A stretch of 64,000 nucleotides of DNA, from positions 9,874 through 73,873 of the forward strand of contig CAJOHW010000028.1 in the NCBI GenBank assembly GCA_905234565.1. The letters run 5' to 3'. Below the pieces are notes generated by a model, which worked only from the letters and a program-made list of their open reading frames with translations, was not told the DNA's origin and did no database searches. The DNA comes from an uncultured Oscillibacter sp. GTDB taxonomy: Bacteria; Bacillota; Clostridia; Oscillospirales; Oscillospiraceae. Shown piece by piece: positions 44,324 to 53,235 of this stretch (position 1 is its first letter; each line of letters starts with the position of its first letter). Both the position numbers and the translations under genes were made by a program.

Positions 44324-45028
44324 ATGCCAACCATTCGACTGGAAAACGTGGCGAAAATCTACAAGAGCAAGACCCGGGAGAACGCCGCGATCAAAAACGT
44401 GAATCTGACCATCGAGCAGGGGGAGTTCGTGTTCGTGGTGGGGAGCCGGGGCGCCGGAAAGAGTACGCTGCTGGATGTCATCGCCGGGGTGCTGAAGCCG
44501 GAACAGGGCCAGGTGTTCCTGGACGACGCGGATCTCTACAAGCTCAGCCCCCGGGAGAGCGAGAAGAAGCGGGCCTGTATCGGCCGGATCGCCCAGGAAT
44601 CGGAACTCAACCGCATGGAGACGGTGTACGACAACCTGTCCACCATGAAGCGGGTGGGACTGTTCCGGAAGAAAGTGGTGGACGAGAGCCTGGCGGACAA
44701 GGCTCTGGGCATCGTGGGGATGCCGGGGACAGGAAAAACCTTCCCCCGGGACCTGACGCCGCCGGAGTGCCGCCGGATCCAGGTGGCCAAGGCGATTTTG
44801 AACAGCCCCGCCATTTTGATGCTGGACGACTTCACCATGAACATGGACGAGGACACCATCTGGGATATGCTCCACCTGCTCATGGAGCTGAACCGGCGGG
44901 GGACCACCATCCTCATGGCCACCAATTCCAGCTATGTGGTCAACGTCATGCGCCGCCGGGTGGTGACCCTGGCGGACGGACGGGTGGTAGGCGACGTGAA
45001 AAAAGGCAAATACGGATTTATAGGCTAA
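44324..45028 (+). CDS. FtsE-like ABC ATPase with degenerate signature, Walker B and H-loop motifs; no FtsX partner
   Basis: Collinear with FtsE (Walker A GSRGAGKST retained). LSGGEQQR is replaced by LTPPECRR, DEP by DDF and ATH by ATN. Confidence 0.75.
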   Translation: MPTIRLENVAKIYKSKTRENAAIKNVNLTIEQGEFVFVVGSRGAGKSTLLDVIAGVLKPEQGQVFLDDADLYKLSPRESEKKRACIGRIAQESELNRMETVYDNLSTMKRVGLFRKKVVDESLADKALGIVGMPGTGKTFPRDLTPPECRRIQVAKAILNSPAILMLDDFTMNMDEDTIWDMLHLLMELNRRGTTILMATNSSYVVNVMRRRVVTLADGRVVGDVKKGKYGFIG

Positions 45029-45040
45029 GGCGGTGCAATT

Positions 45041-46933
45041 ATGGCGGAATCCAGAAGAAAAACGGCGGAGGCAAAGAAATCCGCGGAACCCAAGAAAATC
45101 CCGGAGCCGGAGAAGGACCAGGACTGCGTGTTCGCCCTGGACATCGGTACCCGGAGCGTCATCGGCGTGGTGGGCCGGGTGGAGGAGGGAAAACTCCACG
45201 TGCTGGCCATCGAGAAGGAGAACCACGGGCAGCGGGCCATGCTGGACGGGCAGATCGAGAACATCGCCCAGGTGGCGGAGGTGGCCCGGGACGTGGCCGC
45301 CCGGCTGGAAAAGCGGACGAAACTGCGGCTGAGCCGGGTGTGTCTGGCGGCGGCGGGACGGGCGTTAAAGTCCGAATCCGCCTCCTTTACCCTGGAACTG
45401 CCCGCCACCCAGCCCATTACGGACGAGAACATCAGCCATTTGGAGGCCGGGGCCGTGTCCGAGGCGGAACAGGCCGTGGCGGAACAGGCGGGAGGCTCCT
45501 CCGATCAGTATTATATGGTGGGGTATACCGTCATCGGCTACCGCATCGACGGCTATCCCATGTCCAGCATCCGGGACCACAGCGGCAAAGTCCTGGAGGC
45601 GGAGGTGGTGGCTACCTTCCTGCCCCGGGGGGTGGTGGACAGCCTGTACGCCGTGGTGGGAAAACTGGGCTTAGAAGTGGCCAGCATGACGTTGGAGCCC
45701 ATCGCCGCCCTGAACGCCGCCATTCCCGCCGATATCCGGCTTTTGAACCTGGTGCTGGTGGACATCGGCGCGGGCACGTCGGACATCGCCGTGTGCCGGG
45801 ACGGCAGCGTGGTGGGCTACACCATGGCCACCATCGCCGGGGACGAGATCACGGAACTGCTCATGCGGTCCCTGCTGGTGGACTTCGACACCGGGGAACA
45901 GATGAAAATGGCCCTGAACGACGACAAGCCCATCTCCTATACGGATATTCTGGGACTGCCCCATGAGGTTCCGGCGGCGGAACTGCGGGAACTGGTGGCC
46001 CCCTCCGTGGAGACGTTGGCCCAGGAGATCTCCAAGCGGATCCTGGATCTGAACGGGCGGCTGCCCTCCGCCGTGTTCCTGGCGGGCGGCGGGTGCAAGC
46101 TGGCGGGACTGCGGGAGCGGGTGGCGGAGGCGCTGAAAATCGACCCCGCCCGGGTCACCACCGCCGGGAACCACTTCCAGCGCAACTCCTTCGCCGAGGA
46201 CTACAACCTCAACGATCCGGAGTACGCCACCCCTCTGGGGATCGCCATCTCCGCCGGACTGGGCCTCATCAACGACAGCTATATCATCCTCCTGAACGGG
46301 GAACCCGCCAAGCTCTTCCGCAGCGGTACCCTCCTGGCCCGGGACATCCTCATGATGAACGGCTACGGCTACAACGAGATGATGGGCCGGACGGGATCCA
46401 ACCTGTCCTTTACCCTGAACGGGGAGCGGAGACTGTTCCGGGGGGCCATGCCCGTGCCGCCGGTGCTGCTGATCAACGGGGAGCTGGCCGCTTTGACGGA
46501 CGTGGTCCGGGCCGGCGACAACATCGAATTCACTCCCGCCCGGGCGGGCGCCGACGCCTCCAAGCGCCTCATTGACCTCCTGGGGGAGGACTTCATGGGC
46601 AGCGTGACGGTGAACGGCGCGGCGGCGGCGTTGGAGGACGTGATTCACACCGGGGACGACATCTGGGCCGACGCCCACGCCGAACCCGCCCCGCCGGAAC
46701 CCCAGAAATCCGCCGACGCCCCCAGCGGCCCGGAGATGCGGGTGAATCTGAACGGGGAAACCGTGATTCTCTTTGGAAAACCCAACGCCGAACCCTATTA
46801 CCTCATGGATCTGCTGAAATACTCCGGCATCAACCTGGACCACCCGGACAAGGTGGTGGAGATGACCGTCAACGGCCAGCCGGGGCTGTTCAGCCAGAAG
46901 ATCCGGGAGGGTGACAGCGTGGTCATCCGGTGA
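45041..46933 (+). CDS. FtsA/actin-like ATPase with four C-terminal beta-grasp-like (xLNGE) repeats
   Basis: ALDIGTRSVIGVVG (phosphate 1), VLVDIGAGTSDIAV (phosphate 2), FLAGGGCKLAGL (adenosine). C-terminal repeats: ILLNGEPAKLF, FTLNGERRLF, VTVNGAAAAL, VNLNGETVILF...REGDSVVI. Confidence 0.7.
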   Translation: MAESRRKTAEAKKSAEPKKIPEPEKDQDCVFALDIGTRSVIGVVGRVEEGKLHVLAIEKENHGQRAMLDGQIENIAQVAEVARDVAARLEKRTKLRLSRVCLAAAGRALKSESASFTLELPATQPITDENISHLEAGAVSEAEQAVAEQAGGSSDQYYMVGYTVIGYRIDGYPMSSIRDHSGKVLEAEVVATFLPRGVVDSLYAVVGKLGLEVASMTLEPIAALNAAIPADIRLLNLVLVDIGAGTSDIAVCRDGSVVGYTMATIAGDEITELLMRSLLVDFDTGEQMKMALNDDKPISYTDILGLPHEVPAAELRELVAPSVETLAQEISKRILDLNGRLPSAVFLAGGGCKLAGLRERVAEALKIDPARVTTAGNHFQRNSFAEDYNLNDPEYATPLGIAISAGLGLINDSYIILLNGEPAKLFRSGTLLARDILMMNGYGYNEMMGRTGSNLSFTLNGERRLFRGAMPVPPVLLINGELAALTDVVRAGDNIEFTPARAGADASKRLIDLLGEDFMGSVTVNGAAAALEDVIHTGDDIWADAHAEPAPPEPQKSADAPSGPEMRVNLNGETVILFGKPNAEPYYLMDLLKYSGINLDHPDKVVEMTVNGQPGLFSQKIREGDSVVIR

Positions 46934-46984
46934 CATTCGGTGATATTCGCCGCCAGGGCGGTCAGAGTGGGAGGATAGGACGCC

Positions 46985-47754
46985 ATGCCCAAGGAAAAGA
47001 AACCCAAGAAGGAGAAGAAACCCAAGAAAGAGAAGCCCAAAAAGGAAAAGAAGCCCAAGAAGGAGAAACCGCCCAAAAAAGAGAAACCCAAGAAGGAAAA
47101 AAAGCCAAAAAAGGAAAAGCCCAAAAAGGAACCCCAGATCGATCCCGAAACCGGGGAACCCATAGAGGAAAAGAAGGGGCTGAACCCCCTGTTCATCATT
47201 CTGCCGGTCCTGCTGATCGTGGCGGGCGGGGCGCTGTTCTTCCTGCTGCGGATCCGGCCCATGCTGGCGGCCCGGGAACAGCCCCCGGAGGACCCCGCCG
47301 CCGTGGAGGAACAGGAGGAGACGCAGCCGGAGGAGGAAACGCCTTCGGAACCGGAGGAGGAAGAGACGCCCCCGGAGGAGGAATCCCCCTTCCCCGTGGT
47401 GGAGACCCCCTACGTGGAGGGCAATATGACCACGGGAGAGGCGGTCCGCCGGAGGCCCTGGGCCTGTCCGGGGAGAGTTTGGGGGAGTATGAGCTGATCC
47501 CCTCGGACCACGTGGTGATGGTGGACGGCATGATGTGCATGGAGGTGCAGATCTACGGCAGCGGCTCCGCCGGAACCAACGACATCGCCGGTACCTTCCT
47601 GCTGACCCGGGGCAGTCCCCGGAAGCTGTTCCGTTTGGACGAGAACACCGGGGAGATTGAGGAGGTATCCCTGTCCTTCCTGCGGCCCCCGGCTCCGGAA
47701 CCGGTGCCGGAAGAAGGGGAGGAAGTGCCGGAGGAGGAAGATGCAGAGGATTGA
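46985..47754 (+). pseudogene. Lys-rich / single-TM / acidic protein, reading frame broken near 47445 (frameshift or sequencing error)
   Basis: Frame A (46985-47497): MPKEKKPKKEKKPKKEKP..., TM segment LFIILPVLLIVAGGALFFLL, acidic tail. Frame B continues coding-like from ~47445 (PPEALGLSGESLGEYELIPSDHVVMVDG...EEEDAED*) to 47754. Confidence 0.45.
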
Positions 47755-47816
47755 GCGCCGTCTCCCCGGTATTTATTATATGAAAGTATCTACCTTTATT
47801 TCTCACGCTTTTCCTG

Positions 47817-47841
47817 TAATTTGTACCCCCCTCCCCGATAA
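47817..47841 (+). promoter_or_regulatory. Possible sigma-28-type promoter upstream of the EAL-HDOD gene
   Basis: The -10-like cCCGATAA is at 47834-47841, with TAAT 13 nt upstream. The spacing is shorter than the consensus. Confidence 0.3.
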
Positions 47842-47918
47842 AATCCAGCCTGTAAAGTTTACCTTCTTTAGGAATGTTCTGTCTGGCCCCCTGCCGGGGA
47901 AAGGGGGTGGCTGACGGC

Positions 47919-49196
47919 ATGAACGCCTATATCGGCCGTCAGGCGATCTATAACCGGGACTACGTCCCCGCCGCTTACGAGCTGCTCTACCGCAGCGGCC
48001 GGGAGGAAAACGCCGCGTCCTTTGCCAATCCCGACGCCGCCACCCGGACGGTGCTGGCCAACGCCGTGCAGGTGTTCGGCGTGGACAAGCTCACCGGGGG
48101 AAAACCCGCCTACGTCAATTTTACCCAGGAACTGCTCATGAGCAATCTCATGTATATGATCCCGCCGGGGCGGATCATCGTGGAACTGCCGGGAAACCTG
48201 AAAGTAGACGAGGCCCTGTCCTATAAGCTCCATGAGATGAAAACCCTGGGCTACCAGCTCTCCCTGGGAGACTACACGGAGGTCCGGGGGCAACTGCACC
48301 TAAATTCCGTGATCCACCTGTTTGACTACATCCGGCTGAACGTGCGGACCCGCAACCGCCTGGAACTGCGGGAACTGATCCGAAAAATCCGCCGCCGCAG
48401 TCAGGCGGAGATCATTATGGAGCGGGTGGAGACGGAAGCGGATTTCGACAAGGTGAAAGACCTGGACTTCTCCCTGTGGCAGGGCTACTTCTTTGAAAAG
48501 CCGGAGCGGCTGTGCAAAGAGGTGAACCTGGCCTCTTCGCCCTACGGACTGCTGTTCCGGGCGTCGGCCCAGAGGGAGAACGCCCTCTCCGATCCCCTGC
48601 GCTCCTGCCAGGATCTGATTCTGCGCCAGCCCGTGCTGACCCACCTGCTGCTGGGGTCCTCCCCTACGCCCAACCTGACGGAGGAGCAGGTGGCCTCTTC
48701 CATCCACCACAAGCTGCTGCGCATCGGCGCGTCGGGACTGAAGAAGTGGGCGTGCCTGGTGCTGCTCAAACAGCTCAACGTCTCCAACTCCGATGCGGAG
48801 GCGGTGCAGGCCTACCTCCGGGGGATCTTTACCGAGGGGCTCATTGGCGTGGGGGAGACCCGGGCCGATCCGGATCTGGGGCTGTACGTGGGCCTGTTCA
48901 GCCTGCTGGAACAGGTGACGGACATCCCCCTGGAGGAACTGCTGGAGGCCCTGAAACCCGGCATCGAGGTGGAGAACATCTTTATGAACCGGGAGATGAA
49001 CGAGTACGCGGAGTATCTTCTCTACGCCGCCTACTATGAGCGAACCCGGTCCCCCCTGCGCCAGACAAAGGTCCGCCTGTCCATCGCGGACTGGGACCTG
49101 GACTCCCTGTTCCAGTTCTGCCAGGAGGAGGCGGAGCGGGCCTACGAGACCATGACCCCCTCTGACGGGACTTACCGGGGGAACGTGCTGCACTGA
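47919..49196 (+). CDS. EAL-like plus HDOD domain signalling protein (YuxH/PdeH-like architecture)
   Basis: MNAYIGRQAIYNRDYVPAAYELLYRSG...IIVELPGN...LSLGDY...IRLNV...QGYFFEKP, followed by an HDOD-like helical domain. Confidence 0.75.
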   Translation: MNAYIGRQAIYNRDYVPAAYELLYRSGREENAASFANPDAATRTVLANAVQVFGVDKLTGGKPAYVNFTQELLMSNLMYMIPPGRIIVELPGNLKVDEALSYKLHEMKTLGYQLSLGDYTEVRGQLHLNSVIHLFDYIRLNVRTRNRLELRELIRKIRRRSQAEIIMERVETEADFDKVKDLDFSLWQGYFFEKPERLCKEVNLASSPYGLLFRASAQRENALSDPLRSCQDLILRQPVLTHLLLGSSPTPNLTEEQVASSIHHKLLRIGASGLKKWACLVLLKQLNVSNSDAEAVQAYLRGIFTEGLIGVGETRADPDLGLYVGLFSLLEQVTDIPLEELLEALKPGIEVENIFMNREMNEYAEYLLYAAYYERTRSPLRQTKVRLSIADWDLDSLFQFCQEEAERAYETMTPSDGTYRGNVLH

Positions 49197-49252
49197 GGCG
49201 CCGTCTCTCTCCGCTGGAAAAAACCGGATTTCCTGGAAATGCAAGAAAGAAG

Positions 49253-49281
49253 TTGACGCGGAGGAAAATTTGTAATAAAAT
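49253..49281 (+). promoter_or_regulatory. Sigma-A-type promoter upstream of the MCP gene
   Basis: TTGACG-N17-TAAAAT. Confidence 0.4.
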
Positions 49282-49388
49282 AGGAAGAAGTCAGGAAACA
49301 GCGCAGATAACAGCGGTATTTCCACGGTCGCTTCCGAATCCGGCGGGCCCCATGGGGCAAACACAATGAAAAAAGGAGAATTGCCACT

Positions 49389-51137
49389 ATGTTGAAAAAC
49401 ATGCAGATCAACACAAGACTGATTACGGCGTTCATGATCGTAGTCGTCTTCCTGGTCATCACCGGCGTCACGTCCATTGTCATGCTGTCCAACGTGGGAG
49501 ACGCCCTGACGGACTTCCACAACACATCCTACCAGTCCGTCACAAACTCCTGGAAGGCCAAACAGGCCCTGGCTGAGATGAAAGCCACCCTGCTTCAGGG
49601 AACCTTGGACCAGGACACCGTCCGCTCCACCGGTTACGTGTCCGACGCCCGCAGCGCTTTTGACACCTATCAGACCGCTTGTGCCGATCTGGAAAAGACC
49701 TATATGGGCGACAAGGCTGATATCGAACGCATCAAAGCCATTACCGCCCAGATCACGCCGATTGTGGAGCAGCTGTACAGCTATGCCAGCGCCAACAACC
49801 TTGAAGTGGGCTATCAGTATCTGCGGGATATGTATGAGCCCCTGGCGGACGAGGCGGTCAGCGTCTTTGACACCATCGGCAATTACGCGGATGACCGGGC
49901 CAGCGACAAAGTGGCCACCGGCATCACCACCACCCGTATGGCCACGATTGTGGTGATCACCCTGATCATCATCAGCGCCGCCGTCAGTATCGTCCTGGCC
50001 ATCACCATTGCCAACGGCATTGTGAAGCCCGTGAACCAGATGCAGGAGGTCACTCTGGCCGTGTCCAAGGGCGACTTCGAGTCCGACATTACTTACAACT
50101 CCAAGGACGCCCTGGGCGATCTGGCCAACAATATGCGCCACCTGACCGCCACCATTAAGGAGATCATCACGGACGTGGAGATGCAGCTGGCCGCCATGGG
50201 CGACGGCAACTTCAACATCCGCAGCCGCAAGGAAGAGATGTACCTGGGTTCCTTCGCCCGGCTCCAGACCGCTATGACCAAGCTGACCCTGGCGGTGTCC
50301 GAGACCATGGCCCAGATCGATGTGTCCGCCGACCAGGTCAACAGCGGCGGCGAGCAGATCTCCTCCTCCGCCCAGGCTATGGCCCAGGGCGCCACGGAAC
50401 AGGCCTCCTCCGTCCAGGAACTGGCCGCCACCATCGGCGAGATCTCCCACGCCGTGGAAGCCACCGCCTCCCACGCCCAGAGCGCCAAGGTGGACAACCA
50501 GGCCTCCCACGACCAGATCGCCATCTGCTCCGCTCATATGGCGGACCTCATGGGCGCTATGAAGGCCATCGAGGACAAGTCCATCGAGATCAGCAAGGTC
50601 ATCAAGACCATCGAGGATATCGCGTTCCAGACCAACATCCTGGCCTTGAACGCCGCCGTGGAGGCCGCCCGGGCGGGCAGCGCCGGCAAGGGCTTCGCCG
50701 TTGTGGCGGACGAGGTCCGGAACCTTGCCACCAAGTCCCAGGAGGCTTCCAAGAGCACGGCCGCTTTGATCGACGAGACGGTGAAGGCCGTCAACGAGGG
50801 CTCCCGGCTGTCCGTGGAGACCGATGAGGCGTTGAAGGAAGTGGTCATCCGGGCCCAGAAGGTCATGGACGCCGTCACCAACATCTCCCAGGCCACCGAC
50901 GCCCAGTCCCGGGACGTGGCCCAGGTCAGCACCGGCATCGACCAGATCTCCAGCGTGGTCCAGACCAACTCCGCCACCGCCGAGCAGTCCGCCGCCGCCA
51001 GCGAGGAGCTGTCCGGTCAGGCCAATATGCTCAAAGAGCTCATCGGCCGCTTCACCCTGCGTCAGGAAGCCCGGGCCAGCCGGGGCACCCACGTGGACAC
51101 CGCCGCTGCCAGCTACGGCGGAAACGACAAGTATTGA
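49389..51137 (+). CDS. Methyl-accepting chemotaxis protein
   Basis: TM-periplasmic-TM-HAMP architecture and the highly conserved hairpin [40 protein letters not shown]. Confidence 0.92.
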   Translation: MLKNMQINTRLITAFMIVVVFLVITGVTSIVMLSNVGDALTDFHNTSYQSVTNSWKAKQALAEMKATLLQGTLDQDTVRSTGYVSDARSAFDTYQTACADLEKTYMGDKADIERIKAITAQITPIVEQLYSYASANNLEVGYQYLRDMYEPLADEAVSVFDTIGNYADDRASDKVATGITTTRMATIVVITLIIISAAVSIVLAITIANGIVKPVNQMQEVTLAVSKGDFESDITYNSKDALGDLANNMRHLTATIKEIITDVEMQLAAMGDGNFNIRSRKEEMYLGSFARLQTAMTKLTLAVSETMAQIDVSADQVNSGGEQISSSAQAMAQGATEQASSVQELAATIGEISHAVEATASHAQSAKVDNQASHDQIAICSAHMADLMGAMKAIEDKSIEISKVIKTIEDIAFQTNILALNAAVEAARAGSAGKGFAVVADEVRNLATKSQEASKSTAALIDETVKAVNEGSRLSVETDEALKEVVIRAQKVMDAVTNISQATDAQSRDVAQVSTGIDQISSVVQTNSATAEQSAAASEELSGQANMLKELIGRFTLRQEARASRGTHVDTAAASYGGNDKY

Positions 51138-51177
51138 TTCTGCCCCCCTGTCCCTCAACCCCCTACAAAGCACAAAA

Positions 51178-51216
51178 CCTCACCCGGCCTATAAGGGCCG
51201 GGTGAGGTCAATTTTG
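51178..51216 (+). terminator. Rho-independent terminator after the MCP gene
   Basis: cctcacccggcc-tataag-ggccgggtgagg followed by tcaatttt. Confidence 0.65.
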
Positions 51217-51275
51217 CGTTCGCTTGCGTTGCCGGATCCTACACCCATTGGGTTGCCTGAGCCTGCACCTGCCTA

Positions 51276-51455
51276 CGTTGCCGTCGCAGAAACCTGGGAG
51301 ATAAAACACTTATAGGGCGCGCTGGCTGTCCGCCAAGGACTCCGCCAAGGACTGGCGGTCAATTTTGCACCCGCCTGCGTTGCCGTCGCAGAAACCTGGG
51401 AGATGAAACACTTATAGGGCGCGCTGGCTGTCCGCCAAGGACTCCGCCAAGGACT
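51276..51455 (+). repeat. Two 78-nt copies (1 mismatch, 102-bp period) of the interspersed repeat family, opposite orientation to the 42.8-43.2 kb array
   Basis: cgttgccgtcgcagaaacctgggagatRaaacacttatagggcgcgctggctgtccgccaaggactccgccaaggact occurs at 51276-51353 and 51378-51455. Confidence 0.85.
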
Positions 51456-52047
51456 CTGCCGAGGACGAACGGTAGGCCGCCAAAAACAGGGGGGTGGCCT
51501 TGTCCGTATAGGCGACCAGGGAGTACTCCCCGCCGGAGAGACACCAGTCGTACAGCAGGGCCCGCTCCCACATGGCGTAGGCCCGGAGAATCTCCCCGGC
51601 GGTGCGGTCCGAACGCAGCTGCCCCCGCTCCAGCCCCCGGGCGATGATCCGCCGCAAGAGCTTAAAATACGTACGGTTCCGGTCCAGCAGGCTCCGCTCC
51701 CCCCGGGCCAGAAGCTGGGTGGAGAGGAGCCGCGCCACCAGATCCATGGAGATGCCGCTGTCGATCATGGCGAACAGCTCGTGGTTCAGAAAGACCAGAG
51801 CCTCCATGGCGTCCATGTCCGGGTCCATGGTTTTCATGAGCTGCTCATATTTCTCGTCGAACACATAGGCCAGGGTGCCCAAAAGGGCGTCCTTGCCGGG
51901 AAAGTAGTGGTAAAAGGACCCCTTGGAAGTCTCCGACTCAAAGACGATGTCCTCCACGGTGGTGTCCTCATACCCCTGCTCATAGAAAAGCTTCCAGGCG
52001 GCGGAGATAATGCGTCCCCGGGTGTTGCGGCTGTTCTTCCTGGGCAT
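51412..52047 (-). CDS. TetR/AcrR-family transcriptional regulator (last 15 codons and stop are repeat-derived)
   Basis: N-terminal HTH: NTRGRIISAAWKLFYEQGYEDTTVEDIVFESETSKGSFYHYF. The C-terminus AESLAESLADSQRAL* is encoded by repeat copy 2. Confidence 0.85.
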   Translation of the reverse strand: MPRKNSRNTRGRIISAAWKLFYEQGYEDTTVEDIVFESETSKGSFYHYFPGKDALLGTLAYVFDEKYEQLMKTMDPDMDAMEALVFLNHELFAMIDSGISMDLVARLLSTQLLARGERSLLDRNRTYFKLLRRIIARGLERGQLRSDRTAGEILRAYAMWERALLYDWCLSGGEYSLVAYTDKATPLFLAAYRSSSAESLAESLADSQRAL

Positions 52048-52055
52048 AGGACCGC

Positions 52056-52373
52056 TTACAAATTGGCGTCCAGCACCTTCCGGAACTCCGCCTCCGGCAT
52101 GACGCCAATCTTCCGGGCCGTCTCCACGCCGTTTTTCAAAAACACCACCGTGGGGATGCTCTGCACACCGAACCGGGCGGCCAGTTCCTCCTCCTCGTCC
52201 ACGTTCACCTTGCCCACCAGGACTTTGCCCTCATAAGCCGCCGCCAGGGACTCGATGATGGGGGAGAGCATCTTGCAGGGTCCGCACCAGTCCGCCCAGA
52301 AGTCCACCATAGCCAGAGGGGCCGCCTTCACGGCCTGGTCAAAGCCGCTCTCCGTCAAATGCTGTAATGCCAT
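52056..52373 (-). CDS. trxA: Thioredoxin
   Basis: MALQHLTESGFDQAV...VDFWADWCGPCKMLSPII; ATG at 52373. Confidence 0.9.
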   Translation of the reverse strand: MALQHLTESGFDQAVKAAPLAMVDFWADWCGPCKMLSPIIESLAAAYEGKVLVGKVNVDEEEELAARFGVQSIPTVVFLKNGVETARKIGVMPEAEFRKVLDANL

Positions 52374-52522
52374 ATGGGTTCGCTCCTTTGTCAAATTGAT
52401 TTGCGTGGTTGTATGGATAGGATACCACGATTTTGAAAAAATACAAGGGGCATTCCCCATTTTGCCGGGAAAACCGGACAGACTATCCTATGAAGAATCT
52501 GTGATTGGAAAGGAGCGGTTTC

Positions 52523-52972
52523 ATGGACGGCTTGGAGATGACGCCGGAGGAATATCAGACTTACGTGGAGGGGAAGGCGAAAAAATCCCCCCTGGTCCGG
52601 GACACGGCCCTGGCCTTCTGCATTGGGGGAGCCATCTGCGTGCTGGGGCAGGCCATTCACAACGGCTGGGCCGCCGCCGGACTGGGGGAACAGGACGCGG
52701 GCACCGCCACGTCCTGTACTTTGGTGCTGCTGTCCGCCCTGCTGACGGGCCTGAACCTTTACAACAAGCTGGCCCGGTACGGCGGAGCGGGAACCCTGGT
52801 GCCCATTACGGGCTTTGCCAACGCGGTGGTGTCCCCGGCCATTGACTTCCGGGCGGAGGGCCTGGTGACGGGTATGGCGGCGAAGATGTTCACCGTGGCG
52901 GGGCCAGTGCTGGTGTACGGGACCCTGGCCAGCGTGATCTATGGGGTGGCGCTGATGCTGCTGGGGCGGTAG
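52523..52972 (+). CDS. spoVAC: Stage V sporulation protein AC
   Basis: SD aggag 7 nt upstream. ...ALAFCIGGAICVLGQ...YGGAGTLVPITGFANAVVSPAIDFRAEGLVTG matches SpoVAC. Confidence 0.85.
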   Translation: MDGLEMTPEEYQTYVEGKAKKSPLVRDTALAFCIGGAICVLGQAIHNGWAAAGLGEQDAGTATSCTLVLLSALLTGLNLYNKLARYGGAGTLVPITGFANAVVSPAIDFRAEGLVTGMAAKMFTVAGPVLVYGTLASVIYGVALMLLGR

Positions 52973-52984
52973 GCGAAAAAAGCA

Positions 52985-53013
52985 TTGACAAGAATCCGTT
53001 TGTGGGGTATGAT
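52985..53013 (+). promoter_or_regulatory. Consensus sigma-A promoter for the tRNA gene
   Basis: TTGACA (52985-52990), N17, TATGAT (53008-53013). Confidence 0.65.
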
Positions 53014-53039
53014 AGCACTTGCCGGAACTTCCGGCCAGC

Positions 53040-53126
53040 GCCGGTGTGATGGAATTGGTAGACGTAGCGGACTCAAAATCCGCCGGTGGCGACACCGTAT
53101 GGGTTCGAGTCCCATCACCGGCACCA
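53040..53126 (+). tRNA. tRNA-Leu (anticodon CAA), CCA encoded
   Basis: Acceptor stem GCCGGTG/CACCGGC. Anticodon stem GCGGA/TCCGC with loop CTCAAAA. Long variable arm, TPsiC arm GGGTTCGAGTCCC, 3' ACCA. Confidence 0.9.
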
Positions 53127-53172
53127 AGCGCGTCCGCGCAGGGCAAACCGCCTTGCGCGGACGCGCTTTTTC
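53127..53172. terminator. Rho-independent terminator after the tRNA
   Basis: agcgcgtccgcgca ... tgcgcggacgcgct 14-bp stem followed by ttttt. Confidence 0.7.
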
Positions 53173-53235
53173 CGTTCAAACGGGACAAGCAACCCCGTCC
53201 CCGGTACATCACCAGGGACGGGGTTCTCTTTTTTC

